Positions 8,618 through 16,925 of a stretch of 64,000 nt of DNA are shown here, in pieces; position 1 is the stretch's first letter, and every line of letters starts with the position of its first letter. This stretch comes from Candidatus Multivoradales bacterium (GTDB taxonomy: Bacteria; Acidobacteriota; Thermoanaerobaculia; Multivoradales; JAHEKO01). The position numbers and the translations under genes are program-made. The notes under the pieces are model-generated. The model saw only the letters and a program-made list of their open reading frames with translations, was not told the origin of the DNA and made no database searches. The stretch is taken from NCBI GenBank assembly GCA_965223155.1, contig CBDCVR010000013.1, positions 1,056,001 to 1,120,000 of the forward strand, in the 5' to 3' direction.

Positions 8618-10369
8618 CTAGCGGCTGCTGACGGCCATCCTGGGCGCCCGGTCGACCTCGACGTCACCGTAGTACTCGACGATTCCGTCCACGATGGCGC
8701 GAGCGACGGCCTGGCGGAAGCGCTGAGTCCTGACGAGCTCTCGGTCTTCGGCGTTGGCGAGATTGCAAACTTCGAGCAGCACCTTGGCGGGAACGGCGTT
8801 GTACTTGAGGACCGCCGGCACCCAGGCCTTCCGGTTGCGGATAACCTTGTCCCGAATCGGCTTGTCGGGATGGACGGCCATGCCGTTGACACCGAGCGCC
8901 CGGATCAAGCTGCCCGCCAGATCCCGGGACAGACCTTCGCTCCGCAGCCGGTCGCCCTCGGCAAAGCTCACCCGCGGCATCTCCCGCACCTCCCGCCGCG
9001 AGGCGTAGACCGGCCCCGAGCGGCCATACTCGCCCTTCCGATACTTGGCCCCCGGGATGTACGCCATGCTGCCTCGCAGAGACGGATGGAGCGAATCAGC
9101 GTGAATCGAGAGAAAAACGACCTTGCGGCCGTCGCCGCCCTCGGCCAGCCACTTCCGATACACGCTATTGGCCAGGTACCAGCGCAGGTGCAGCCCGACC
9201 TTGGAATCGGCGATCGCATACGGCGGCTCGGTCAAGATGGAATGGCCGCGCGACGTCGTCAGGACGTCTCGATCCTGCAGCTCGTGGCGCCTACCGTCCC
9301 GCACGAGCGGCACCACTCGGGCCGCGGTAGCCGACTCCAGAAGCTCCTTCGTGCGGACCATGATGTCGTAGACGTAGACGCTCTCCCACAGATCGCCTTG
9401 TGACGCCCCCACGTCCGAGCCGCCGTGGCCCGAGTCCAGAATGACGGTCACGCCCTCCAGCCGGCGGGCTCGAACCTGGTTCGAAAACTGGGCGCTGGCA
9501 CTCAAGCCGGCCTCGTATTCCCGGCGCCGCGGGTCGGAGGCCGGCAAGAACTCGGGCAATAGCAGATCGAACGGAATCTTGATGCGATGCCCCACCGGAA
9601 TCCGGGTGACCCGGTCGATGCCGCTACGCTCGGCGATCTCCTCCGCGAGTGCGTTGACGTCGTCGGCGTAGATCGCCCCGGTGAAGCGGATCACCACGCT
9701 CGAATACAGGGCTTCTCCCGGCTTGAGGCGATAGATGGCGAAGTCGCCCTGCTTGTCGCTGCCGTATTCCAGGTAGTACGGCGATTCGGGGGGCAAAGCC
9801 GAGCGCAGTGCCGGCCGCAGCAGCCGGGCCGGGATCAACAACGAACGCCCCGGGGCCAGGTGGTCGTCCGCCAGGTCGTTGGCGGCGCGAATCGCCCGAT
9901 AGTTGTCGCCGCGGCCGGTGAACCATTCGGCAACGTGCCAGAGGCTGCCAAGCCCGTAACCGGCTGCCGAGCCGATCTCGTGATACCAGCCGGACGCGCC
10001 CGCGTAGTCCTGGGTGAAGACCGCCTGCACCAGGCGAAGCTGCCAGTCTGGCGCGAGCAGCCGGTACGGGATGCGATAGCGGACCCCCTCGCGCAAGGTC
10101 TCGACCCCGCCATTGCTCTCGGCGATCGTGGCGACCGCCGCCACCGAGCCGGTGAAGCGGCGGGACAGGCCCCAAAGTCCCTCGCCCGCGAGCGGTTGCG
10201 CCTCGAGAAAGAGCTGTCGGTCAGTGTCCAGAGCGGCAACGATTCCGTCCTCGACGGGAACCCGCAGAGTCGTGGCGACCGCTTCGCCCGCCGGGAGCCA
10301 GAGTCCCAACCAGAGCACAGGAAGTGCAAGAAGCAGAAAACTTCTTTTCTGGCAGCTATTTAACCGCAT
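8618..10369 (-). CDS. N-acetylmuramoyl-L-alanine amidase (Amidase_3) with signal peptide and degenerate LysM-like repeats
   Basis: ILDSGHGG, SIHADS and LLEVCN zinc/catalytic motifs. Start placed at ATG 10369 (GAAAGG upstream, followed by a hydrophobic signal). Confidence 0.85.
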   Translation of the reverse strand: MRLNSCQKRSFLLLALPVLWLGLWLPAGEAVATTLRVPVEDGIVAALDTDRQLFLEAQPLAGEGLWGLSRRFTGSVAAVATIAESNGGVETLREGVRYRIPYRLLAPDWQLRLVQAVFTQDYAGASGWYHEIGSAAGYGLGSLWHVAEWFTGRGDNYRAIRAANDLADDHLAPGRSLLIPARLLRPALRSALPPESPYYLEYGSDKQGDFAIYRLKPGEALYSSVVIRFTGAIYADDVNALAEEIAERSGIDRVTRIPVGHRIKIPFDLLLPEFLPASDPRRREYEAGLSASAQFSNQVRARRLEGVTVILDSGHGGSDVGASQGDLWESVYVYDIMVRTKELLESATAARVVPLVRDGRRHELQDRDVLTTSRGHSILTEPPYAIADSKVGLHLRWYLANSVYRKWLAEGGDGRKVVFLSIHADSLHPSLRGSMAYIPGAKYRKGEYGRSGPVYASRREVREMPRVSFAEGDRLRSEGLSRDLAGSLIRALGVNGMAVHPDKPIRDKVIRNRKAWVPAVLKYNAVPAKVLLEVCNLANAEDRELVRTQRFRQAVARAIVDGIVEYYGDVEVDRAPRMAVSSR

Positions 10370-10502
10370 GCCTTTCAAGTGAAATTTTAGATCCTGAAGC
10401 CGTTCGCGGCAACCGGACCTCCGGATCGCGGCCCCAGGCAGGCGCCTCTCCGCGCCGGAACGCTCTCGCGCTCGCAGTACTGTCGGCGGTAGGGTCGAAT
10501 GC

Positions 10503-11780
10503 ATGATCGCTTCCGGGGCGCGCCGCCGTATCCAGAAACACCTTCTCTTCGAGCCGGCGCTCGCCTCGCTCGCAGCTCACAATGGGCAGGTGGTCGGCGG
10601 TACCCTCCGCGACGCCTACCTCGGCCGACCCTCGCTGGACCTCGACCTCTCGGTAGGCGGCAACGGCGAGGCGTTCGCCCGCGAGCTCGCGGCCCGCGCG
10701 GACGGCCGCTTCGTCGCCATCGGCCGAGGCCGCTGGGCCTCGTATCGAGTCGTCCTTCCGGGAGGCGGCCCTCCCGCTCAGGCAGACGTCTGGGACCGCC
10801 GGGGAGCGTCCCTTGCCGAAGATCTCGCCCGCCGCGATCTCACCGTCAACGCGCTGGCCTGGGCGCCAACGTCACCTCGAATCGAGGATCCCTTGGGGGG
10901 TCTCGACGACCTCGCCGAACGCACGCTGCGCATGACCCGAAGCCGGGTCTTCGTCGAGGACCCCCTGCGCGTCTTGCGACTGGCTCGTTTTCGCATCCAG
11001 CTCGCCGGGTTCTCGATCGACCCCGCCACCGCGGCCGCCGCGCGGGCCGCTGCCGGAAACCTATCCAAGGTCGCAAGCGAACGCATCCGTGTCGAGCTCG
11101 AGGTCATCCTGGCGGCCCGGAGCGCGGCCGATGGGCTTGCCGCGCTGCTCGCAGTGGGCGCGGCCGAGCCGCTGGCGGCTCTCGGGCTGACCGGCTTCGG
11201 CCGGGCCGCGCACCGGAGCGCGATCGAACGGCTGGATCGAGCCACCGTTCGCGTCTACGCCCCACCGCCTCCGTCCGGTCTTCGGTACGAGCTGGCGCTC
11301 CTTGCCCTGCTCGCCTCCGGAACGACCGGAGCGACGCCACCGCCGGCAAAGCTCGTTCCGGAGAAGCTCTGGCGCCGGGCGCTGGAGCTCGGCGCCGCCC
11401 GACTTCCTACTGGGGCGCCGGAGGACGCGGTCTTTCTCCGCCGGTGGACCGATGCCTGGCGTACGGCCCTGATCGCCGCCGTCGTGCTGGACGCGGACGC
11501 GGAGCCGGCTCTGGCCGGCACCCTGGCTCGGCTGGAATCGCTGACCCACGAGCGGCCGGACCTTCTGACGCCCGCCGAGCCCTTCCTGGACGGCGACGCG
11601 GTCCAGCGCGTCCTTGGCGTCGGGCCGGGACCGGAGGTCGGCGCGGCTCTGAGACGTCTCGAGGCGGCCCGGATCGAGGGCGAGATCCGGAGCCGCGAAG
11701 AGGCCGTAGCGTTCCTCCGACGGGAGCACGCCGGCGGCGGCCCAGTTGCTTCCGAAACGGCCGGCAACGAGACGCCGTAG
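10503..11780 (+). CDS. Class II tRNA nucleotidyltransferase (CCA/poly(A) polymerase family), probably CC-adding
   Basis: VVGGTLRD..DLD, EDLARRDLTVNA, EDPLRVLRLARF, SERIRVEL. The flexible loop appears deleted and no HD domain is seen. Confidence 0.85.
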   Translation: MIASGARRRIQKHLLFEPALASLAAHNGQVVGGTLRDAYLGRPSLDLDLSVGGNGEAFARELAARADGRFVAIGRGRWASYRVVLPGGGPPAQADVWDRRGASLAEDLARRDLTVNALAWAPTSPRIEDPLGGLDDLAERTLRMTRSRVFVEDPLRVLRLARFRIQLAGFSIDPATAAAARAAAGNLSKVASERIRVELEVILAARSAADGLAALLAVGAAEPLAALGLTGFGRAAHRSAIERLDRATVRVYAPPPPSGLRYELALLALLASGTTGATPPPAKLVPEKLWRRALELGAARLPTGAPEDAVFLRRWTDAWRTALIAAVVLDADAEPALAGTLARLESLTHERPDLLTPAEPFLDGDAVQRVLGVGPGPEVGAALRRLEAARIEGEIRSREEAVAFLRREHAGGGPVASETAGNETP

Positions 11781-11890
11781 CCCACGGTCCCTGTCCCGGC
11801 CCCGCCCGCTATTGACTAACCCGCCTCTCCCCGCCTCCCAGTCACCGCGGGCGAGGGCCGTCCGGCTCGGGAGCCCGCGGCGATCAGGCC

Positions 11891-13429
11891 TCAGGCCATG
11901 AGGCGCTGATTCAGCTCCTTGATGCGCTCGGAGAGCTTCTCGATCTTCTGCTGGGCTTCCTGGCGCATGCGCTGGTACTCGCTGCGCATCTGCCCGTGCT
12001 GTTTTTCGAGCTCCTCGAGCTGGGCCGAGGATGCCGCGAGCTGCTCGTCGCGCTGGGCGATCACTTGCTCGAGCGACGCCAGAGACTCTTCTTTCTGCTG
12101 AAGCTGGATCTGGTGCTTGCTCTCTTGCTCCTCGTAGAGCTTCTTGAACTGCTGGAGCTCCAGGATCTCGGAAAAATCCGCGGTTGACGGGCTCATGTCG
12201 TCTCCATTCTCTTCGATCTTCGGAAACATCTTGCGCAACTTCAGGGACAGGTCTTCGGGGTCCGGCGTCTGATGCATGGCCTCTTCGTGCGAGATCGTGC
12301 CGTGCACCATGAGCGCCAGCAGCGATTGGTTCATCGACTGCATCCGGTAGTAGGCAACCGAGCTCTCGATTTCCTCTAGGAGCGGCTCGGTCTCGCCCTT
12401 CTCGATCAGGTCCGCGATACTCGGGCTGCGGCGCAGGATCTCGACCGCCGGCGTCAGGCCCTGCCCGTCCTTGCGCTCCACCAACTTGATCGATACCACG
12501 CCTTTGAGAACCTGCGCCAGTTGCAAGCGCACCTGGCGTTGCTGGTCGCCGGGGAAGCTGTCCAGGATCCGGTCCACCGACTGCGTCGCGCTGTTGGTAT
12601 GGAGGGTCGAGAACACGAGATGGCCGGTCTCGGCCGCGGAGATTACAGTCGACACGGTTTCCTGGTCGCGCATCTCGCCCACCATGATGACGTCGGGATC
12701 CTGGCGCATGGCGTGCCGCAAGGCCTCCGAGAAGCTGCGCGCGTCCGAACCGATCTCGCGCTGGGACACGGTCGCGACATCGTCACCGAACAAGAACTCG
12801 ATCGGGTCCTCGATGGTCAGAATGTGATCCGGCCTGCGCGTCAGGATGTACCGGATCATCGCCGCCAGAGTGGTCGACTTGCCGCTGCCGGTCGGTCCGG
12901 TGACCAGAACCAGGCCCGAATTCAGATGGGTGAGCTCCTCGAGCACGTCGGGCAGACCCAACGTCTCGAGTCCTGCCACCTCGAACGGAATCCGCCGGAA
13001 GACCGCGGCCAGGGTGCCACGCTGCCGGAAGATGTTGGCGCGAAACCGCGCCAGCCCGGGAACGCCGTAGCCCAGGTCGAGCGACATGCGCTCTTCCAAT
13101 TGCTGCTGCTGCAACGGATTCAGCAGACAGCCGATCATCTGCTCGATCGCCGCCGGCGTGACCGGCTCGGAATCGACCGGAATCAGCTTGCCGTTGATCC
13201 GCAGCAAGGGCGGCCGCGCCGGCCGCAGGTGCAGGTCGGAAGCCAGCCGATCGGTCATCAGCTTCAGGAGCTGATCCAGATGGCGCTTGGCCGCGGTGGC
13301 TTCCGCCGAGGGCGGAGCCGCATCTCGAGCGGGAACCGGTGTGCGAGTCTCCTTGCGGGTGGGTTCGGCCCGGCCCGACTTTTCACCGGCGGCTTCCCGG
13401 CGGAAAGAACGCTGTTCGAAGGGCTCCAT
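11891..13429 (-). CDS. pilT: PilT/PilU-family type IV pilus ATPase with a C-terminal coiled coil
   Basis: GPTGSGKSTT, TIEDPIE, RQDPDVIMVGEMRD, GHLVFSTLHT, MQSMNQSL. Confidence 0.88.
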   Translation of the reverse strand: MEPFEQRSFRREAAGEKSGRAEPTRKETRTPVPARDAAPPSAEATAAKRHLDQLLKLMTDRLASDLHLRPARPPLLRINGKLIPVDSEPVTPAAIEQMIGCLLNPLQQQQLEERMSLDLGYGVPGLARFRANIFRQRGTLAAVFRRIPFEVAGLETLGLPDVLEELTHLNSGLVLVTGPTGSGKSTTLAAMIRYILTRRPDHILTIEDPIEFLFGDDVATVSQREIGSDARSFSEALRHAMRQDPDVIMVGEMRDQETVSTVISAAETGHLVFSTLHTNSATQSVDRILDSFPGDQQRQVRLQLAQVLKGVVSIKLVERKDGQGLTPAVEILRRSPSIADLIEKGETEPLLEEIESSVAYYRMQSMNQSLLALMVHGTISHEEAMHQTPDPEDLSLKLRKMFPKIEENGDDMSPSTADFSEILELQQFKKLYEEQESKHQIQLQQKEESLASLEQVIAQRDEQLAASSAQLEELEKQHGQMRSEYQRMRQEAQQKIEKLSERIKELNQRLMA

Positions 13430-13649
13430 GGACGGCTCGATTCGTAAAGTACTGAGGAAGAGAGCCCGGGCCACGCGGCCCGGCAACGCTCACCAGGGTC
13501 ATCATCGCCGATTCGGCGCCCAGCCGTCTATGACGTGTTGCATATGTGGCTACACCCCGATGCAAGGGTCGGTACCGCGCCATGACAAACGCTTCGAGGC
13601 GCAACCGTCGAACCGCTGCGCGCCACCTCCGAGCGGCAGCCTGCGGGAG

Positions 13650-14270
13650 CTAGAAACGACGCATCAAACCGACGACGATGCCCTGAATGCGCACGTCCCG
13701 CGCCGGTACCCGAATGGGCAGCATCGTATGGTTCGCGGGCTGCAATCGAATCTCCTGGCCCTCCGGGTAGAAGCGCTTGAGCGTCGCGTCGTCACCGACC
13801 AGCGCCACGACCATCTCCCCTTCGGTCGCCTGTTCCTGCCGCTGCACGACGACCAGGTCGCCGTCGTGGATCCCCTCGTCGATCATCGAATCGCCGCGGA
13901 CCTTGAGCACGAAGTGGTTGTCGCCGCCCCGGTTGAGCAAGTGATGCGGCACCTCGACGTGATCCGGATTCGAAACCGCCTCGATCGGCTGACCGGCCGC
14001 GATCAACCCAAGAAACGGCAGCTTCTCCAGCCGGCCGGCTGCCGCCTCGGCGCTGCCGGAGGTGAGCTCGACACCGCGCTTCTGGTTCCAGTGCCTCTTC
14101 AAGAATCCCTTCTTCTCCAGCAAGCGCAGATGCTTGTTGACCGTTCCGTAGGACGAGAACCCGAAATGCTCGCAAATCTCCCGGTGGGTCGGAGCCACGC
14201 CCTCGCGCTCGACCCGCTCGGCCAGAAACTCCAGGATCTCCTTCTGCCGCTTCGTCAGGTAGTTCTGCAT
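13650..14270 (-). CDS. lexA: SOS repressor LexA
   Basis: LTKRQKEILEFL wHTH, IAAG cleavage site, GDSM catalytic Ser, TLKR catalytic Lys. Confidence 0.97.
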   Translation of the reverse strand: MQNYLTKRQKEILEFLAERVEREGVAPTHREICEHFGFSSYGTVNKHLRLLEKKGFLKRHWNQKRGVELTSGSAEAAAGRLEKLPFLGLIAAGQPIEAVSNPDHVEVPHHLLNRGGDNHFVLKVRGDSMIDEGIHDGDLVVVQRQEQATEGEMVVALVGDDATLKRFYPEGQEIRLQPANHTMLPIRVPARDVRIQGIVVGLMRRF

Positions 14271-14276
14271 GGCCCG

Positions 14277-14306
14277 ATCTTATGGCGCAAACAGAGCGCA
14301 AGTCAA
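14277..14306 (-). promoter_or_regulatory. lexA sigma70 promoter TTGACT-18-TAAGAT containing a TTGCGC-N5-TTGCGC direct repeat (candidate SOS box)
   Basis: Minus strand TTGACTTGCGCTCTGTTTGCGCCATAAGATCGGGCCATG. Confidence 0.7.
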
Positions 14307-14456
14307 GCAGTTTCAGGCGATTTCGTACCGACCGCCGCCACCGCGCGCGGGGCCTGACACCTTTCCAATCGGCCGCCGTCCTGATACCTTTCTCGGTGGC
14401 CGCAAGGCCGCCAACCGCCCCGACACCCACCTGGCAACGACAAGAAGGAGCTCGCC

Positions 14457-14993
14457 GTGTGGAAGAAGACCGAAGAATCCGAGCCGAGTTTCACCGGATC
14501 GTCGCCGGCGCCGCCGCGCAATAGCTCCACGAGCAGTGGATCAACGTCAATCATTGGGACTTCAATTCGCATCCGAGGCGACCTTACGGGCTCAGAAGAC
14601 CTGGTCATCGAAGGACAGATCGAGGGCGAGGTTCGCTTTACCGACAACCGGGTCACGGTCGGCAAGAACGGTCGCATCCGAGCTGACATCCACGGCCACA
14701 GCGTGACCGTTGACGGCGAGGTCAAGGGCGACCTTTACGGCGGCCAGGAAGTGGTCATCCGTGCCGCCGGCCGCGTCAAGGGCAACATCGTCTCCCCGAG
14801 GGTGACCCTGGAAAACGGTTCCAAGTTCAAGGGCGCCATCGACATGGAGCCCAGTACCAAGGCCGAGCCGGCGCCCTCGAAGCCGGCCGCGGCATCCTCC
14901 GCAAAATCCCCGGCACCCAAGCCGGCCAGTGACAAGCCGGCGGCACCGGCGGTGACCGAGCCCGAACAGGCCTCGGCCGCCGGCCGGAGCTAG
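14457..14993 (+). CDS. Bactofilin (polymer-forming cytoskeletal protein) with a Pro/Ala/Lys-rich tail
   Basis: IIGTSIRIRGDLTGSEDLVIEGQIEG...VKGNIVSPRVTLENGSKFKGAIDM. AAGGAG RBS before a GTG start. Confidence 0.93.
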   Translation: MWKKTEESEPSFTGSSPAPPRNSSTSSGSTSIIGTSIRIRGDLTGSEDLVIEGQIEGEVRFTDNRVTVGKNGRIRADIHGHSVTVDGEVKGDLYGGQEVVIRAAGRVKGNIVSPRVTLENGSKFKGAIDMEPSTKAEPAPSKPAAASSAKSPAPKPASDKPAAPAVTEPEQASAAGRS

Positions 14994-15007
14994 CACGCCC
15001 CCAGCGG

Positions 15008-15640
15008 ATGGCGCCGGAGAGCCTCCCCCAGCTCGAGCAGCAGGAAGCCCGGGGCCAGCAGACTTCGCTGGCGCTTCGCCACGCGCTGCCCGCGTCGGGA
15101 TCGGTCCTGGACCTAGGTCCCGCCCAGGGCGGGAACGTGGCCTTCTTCGCCTCGCGCGGCTGCAAGCTCTTTATCGCCGACCTGCGCGGGACCGTCTTTT
15201 CCAACCCTCCACCCTCGGTCCGCCGGGACGCACTGGCGCTGGCGCTGGACCGGGATCTGCCGCGCGGGCAGAGCTTCGACCTGGTTCTCCTCTGGGATCT
15301 CTTGAACTACCTGGACGCGGCCGAGATCGGCATGCTGGGCGCCCGGCTGCGTTCGGTGTGCCGAGCCTCGACCATCGTCTACGCCCTGATCTCGATACGC
15401 AAGAATGTCCCGGACCGGCCCGGCAGATACTCGGTCGTGGATGAGGGACACATCCACTACGAGGTGCGTTCGAAGCTAGAGCGCCCCTCTCCGCTGCTCA
15501 AGGAGCCCGAGCTGGCCCGGCTGCTGCCGGGCTTCTCGGTTGACTCGACCTATCTTCTGCGCAACGGCATGCAGGAGTATCTTCTGCAGCCCCGGCTCGA
15601 GCACCCGAGCCAGCCTCCAGACCACAGCGCCAGCGCTTGA
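15008..15640 (+). CDS. Class I SAM-dependent methyltransferase-like protein
   Basis: VLDLGPAQG motif I and FDLVLLWDLLNYL. Confidence 0.75.
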   Translation: MAPESLPQLEQQEARGQQTSLALRHALPASGSVLDLGPAQGGNVAFFASRGCKLFIADLRGTVFSNPPPSVRRDALALALDRDLPRGQSFDLVLLWDLLNYLDAAEIGMLGARLRSVCRASTIVYALISIRKNVPDRPGRYSVVDEGHIHYEVRSKLERPSPLLKEPELARLLPGFSVDSTYLLRNGMQEYLLQPRLEHPSQPPDHSASA

Positions 15641-16914
15641 GCTACGCCCTGTCCTATACAGCCGGGCTGGAACGCTTCCGGCTCGACAACGGCCTGGATC
15701 TGGTGCTGGCACCCGACCCGAGCCGGCCGCTGGTCACCGTCAATCTCTGGTACCACGTCGGCTCGCGCAACGAACGGCCCGGCAAGACCGGGCTCGCCCA
15801 TCTCTTCGAGCACATGCTCTTTCAGGGCAGCGCCCATGTCGGCACTAACGATCATTTCCGCTTGATCCAGCAAGTCGGAGGCGTCGCCAACGGCTCGACC
15901 TCATTCGACCGCACCAACTACTACGAGACCCTGCCGTCGCATTGCCTGGAGCTCGGTCTGTGGCTCGAATCCGACCGCATGGGCTTTCTCCTGGACGCCC
16001 TGGATCAGGACAAGCTCGACAACCAGCGCGACGTCGTCATGAACGAACGGCGCGAGCGGGTGGACAACCAGCCCTACGGCCGTGCCTTCGAGACCTTGCA
16101 GGGCCTGGCCTTCCCGGCGCCTCATCCCTACGGCTGGCCGATCATCGGTTGGATGGACGACATCGCCGGAGCCACTCTCGAAGACCTCTCGGGCTTCTTT
16201 CGTAGCCACTACTCCCCCGCCAACGCGGTCCTGACCCTGGTCGGAGACTTCGATCCCGGGACCGCGCGCGCCGCGGTAGAACGCTACTTCGGAGCGCTGT
16301 CCGGCGGGCCAGCGGCGCCGGTTCCCTCACCCCCGGGGACCGGCTTCCAAGCCGCCAGCCGAACTAGGATCGAAGACCGGGTTGAGCTCTCCCGTCTCTA
16401 CCTGGCCTTCCCGGCGCCGGCGCTCACCGACCGGGCCTTCCTCTCCGGAGATCTCCTGGCCGGAGCGATCAGCTCGGGCAAGACCAGTCCTCTCTACCGC
16501 GAGCTCGTCTACGAGGACGAGCTCCTGCAAGACGTTTCGGCCGGTCTGCTGCCGCTCGAGCTGGGCTCGATGTTCTTCGTCGTCGCTACCCCGCGTCCGG
16601 ATCGTTCGGTCGAGGAAGCTGAGGCGGCAATCCGCGATCGGCTGGCCGGCTGGCGCCGTGAGCCCCCCACCTCGACGGATCGCGAGCGCGCCCTCAACCG
16701 GGCGCTCATGGGCTATCTCCACGAGGCCGAGTCGTTCGAATCGCGAGCCGACCTCCTGGGGCACTTCACAACCTTCTTCGATGAACCCGAGCGCCTCGAC
16801 TCCGAACCCGACCGGTACCGCCGGGTCTCGGCCAAGGATCTCCTGGACTACGCGGCGGCCTGGCTGGATCCGGACCGCGCGGCCACCCTATGGGTGGTAC
16901 CCGAGTCTTCCTGA
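15637..16914 (+). CDS. M16 family metallopeptidase, catalytic subunit
   Basis: VGSRNERPGKTGLAHLFEHMLF (HXXEH), NGSTSFDRTNY, VVMNERRER. Confidence 0.95.
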   Translation: MSYALSYTAGLERFRLDNGLDLVLAPDPSRPLVTVNLWYHVGSRNERPGKTGLAHLFEHMLFQGSAHVGTNDHFRLIQQVGGVANGSTSFDRTNYYETLPSHCLELGLWLESDRMGFLLDALDQDKLDNQRDVVMNERRERVDNQPYGRAFETLQGLAFPAPHPYGWPIIGWMDDIAGATLEDLSGFFRSHYSPANAVLTLVGDFDPGTARAAVERYFGALSGGPAAPVPSPPGTGFQAASRTRIEDRVELSRLYLAFPAPALTDRAFLSGDLLAGAISSGKTSPLYRELVYEDELLQDVSAGLLPLELGSMFFVVATPRPDRSVEEAEAAIRDRLAGWRREPPTSTDRERALNRALMGYLHEAESFESRADLLGHFTTFFDEPERLDSEPDRYRRVSAKDLLDYAAAWLDPDRAATLWVVPESS

Positions 16915-16925
16915 AAGGCGAATCG

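Noticed and set aside
10499-11815. 438-aa ORF overlapping the nucleotidyltransferase in another frame
   Set aside because: Arg/Pro/Gly-rich off-frame translation typical of high-GC DNA.
13490-13640. Slightly AT-richer pilT-lexA spacer with weak dyad symmetry and a 73-aa ORF
   Set aside because: The symmetry is too weak and the ORF lacks support. It is probably just the pilT promoter region.
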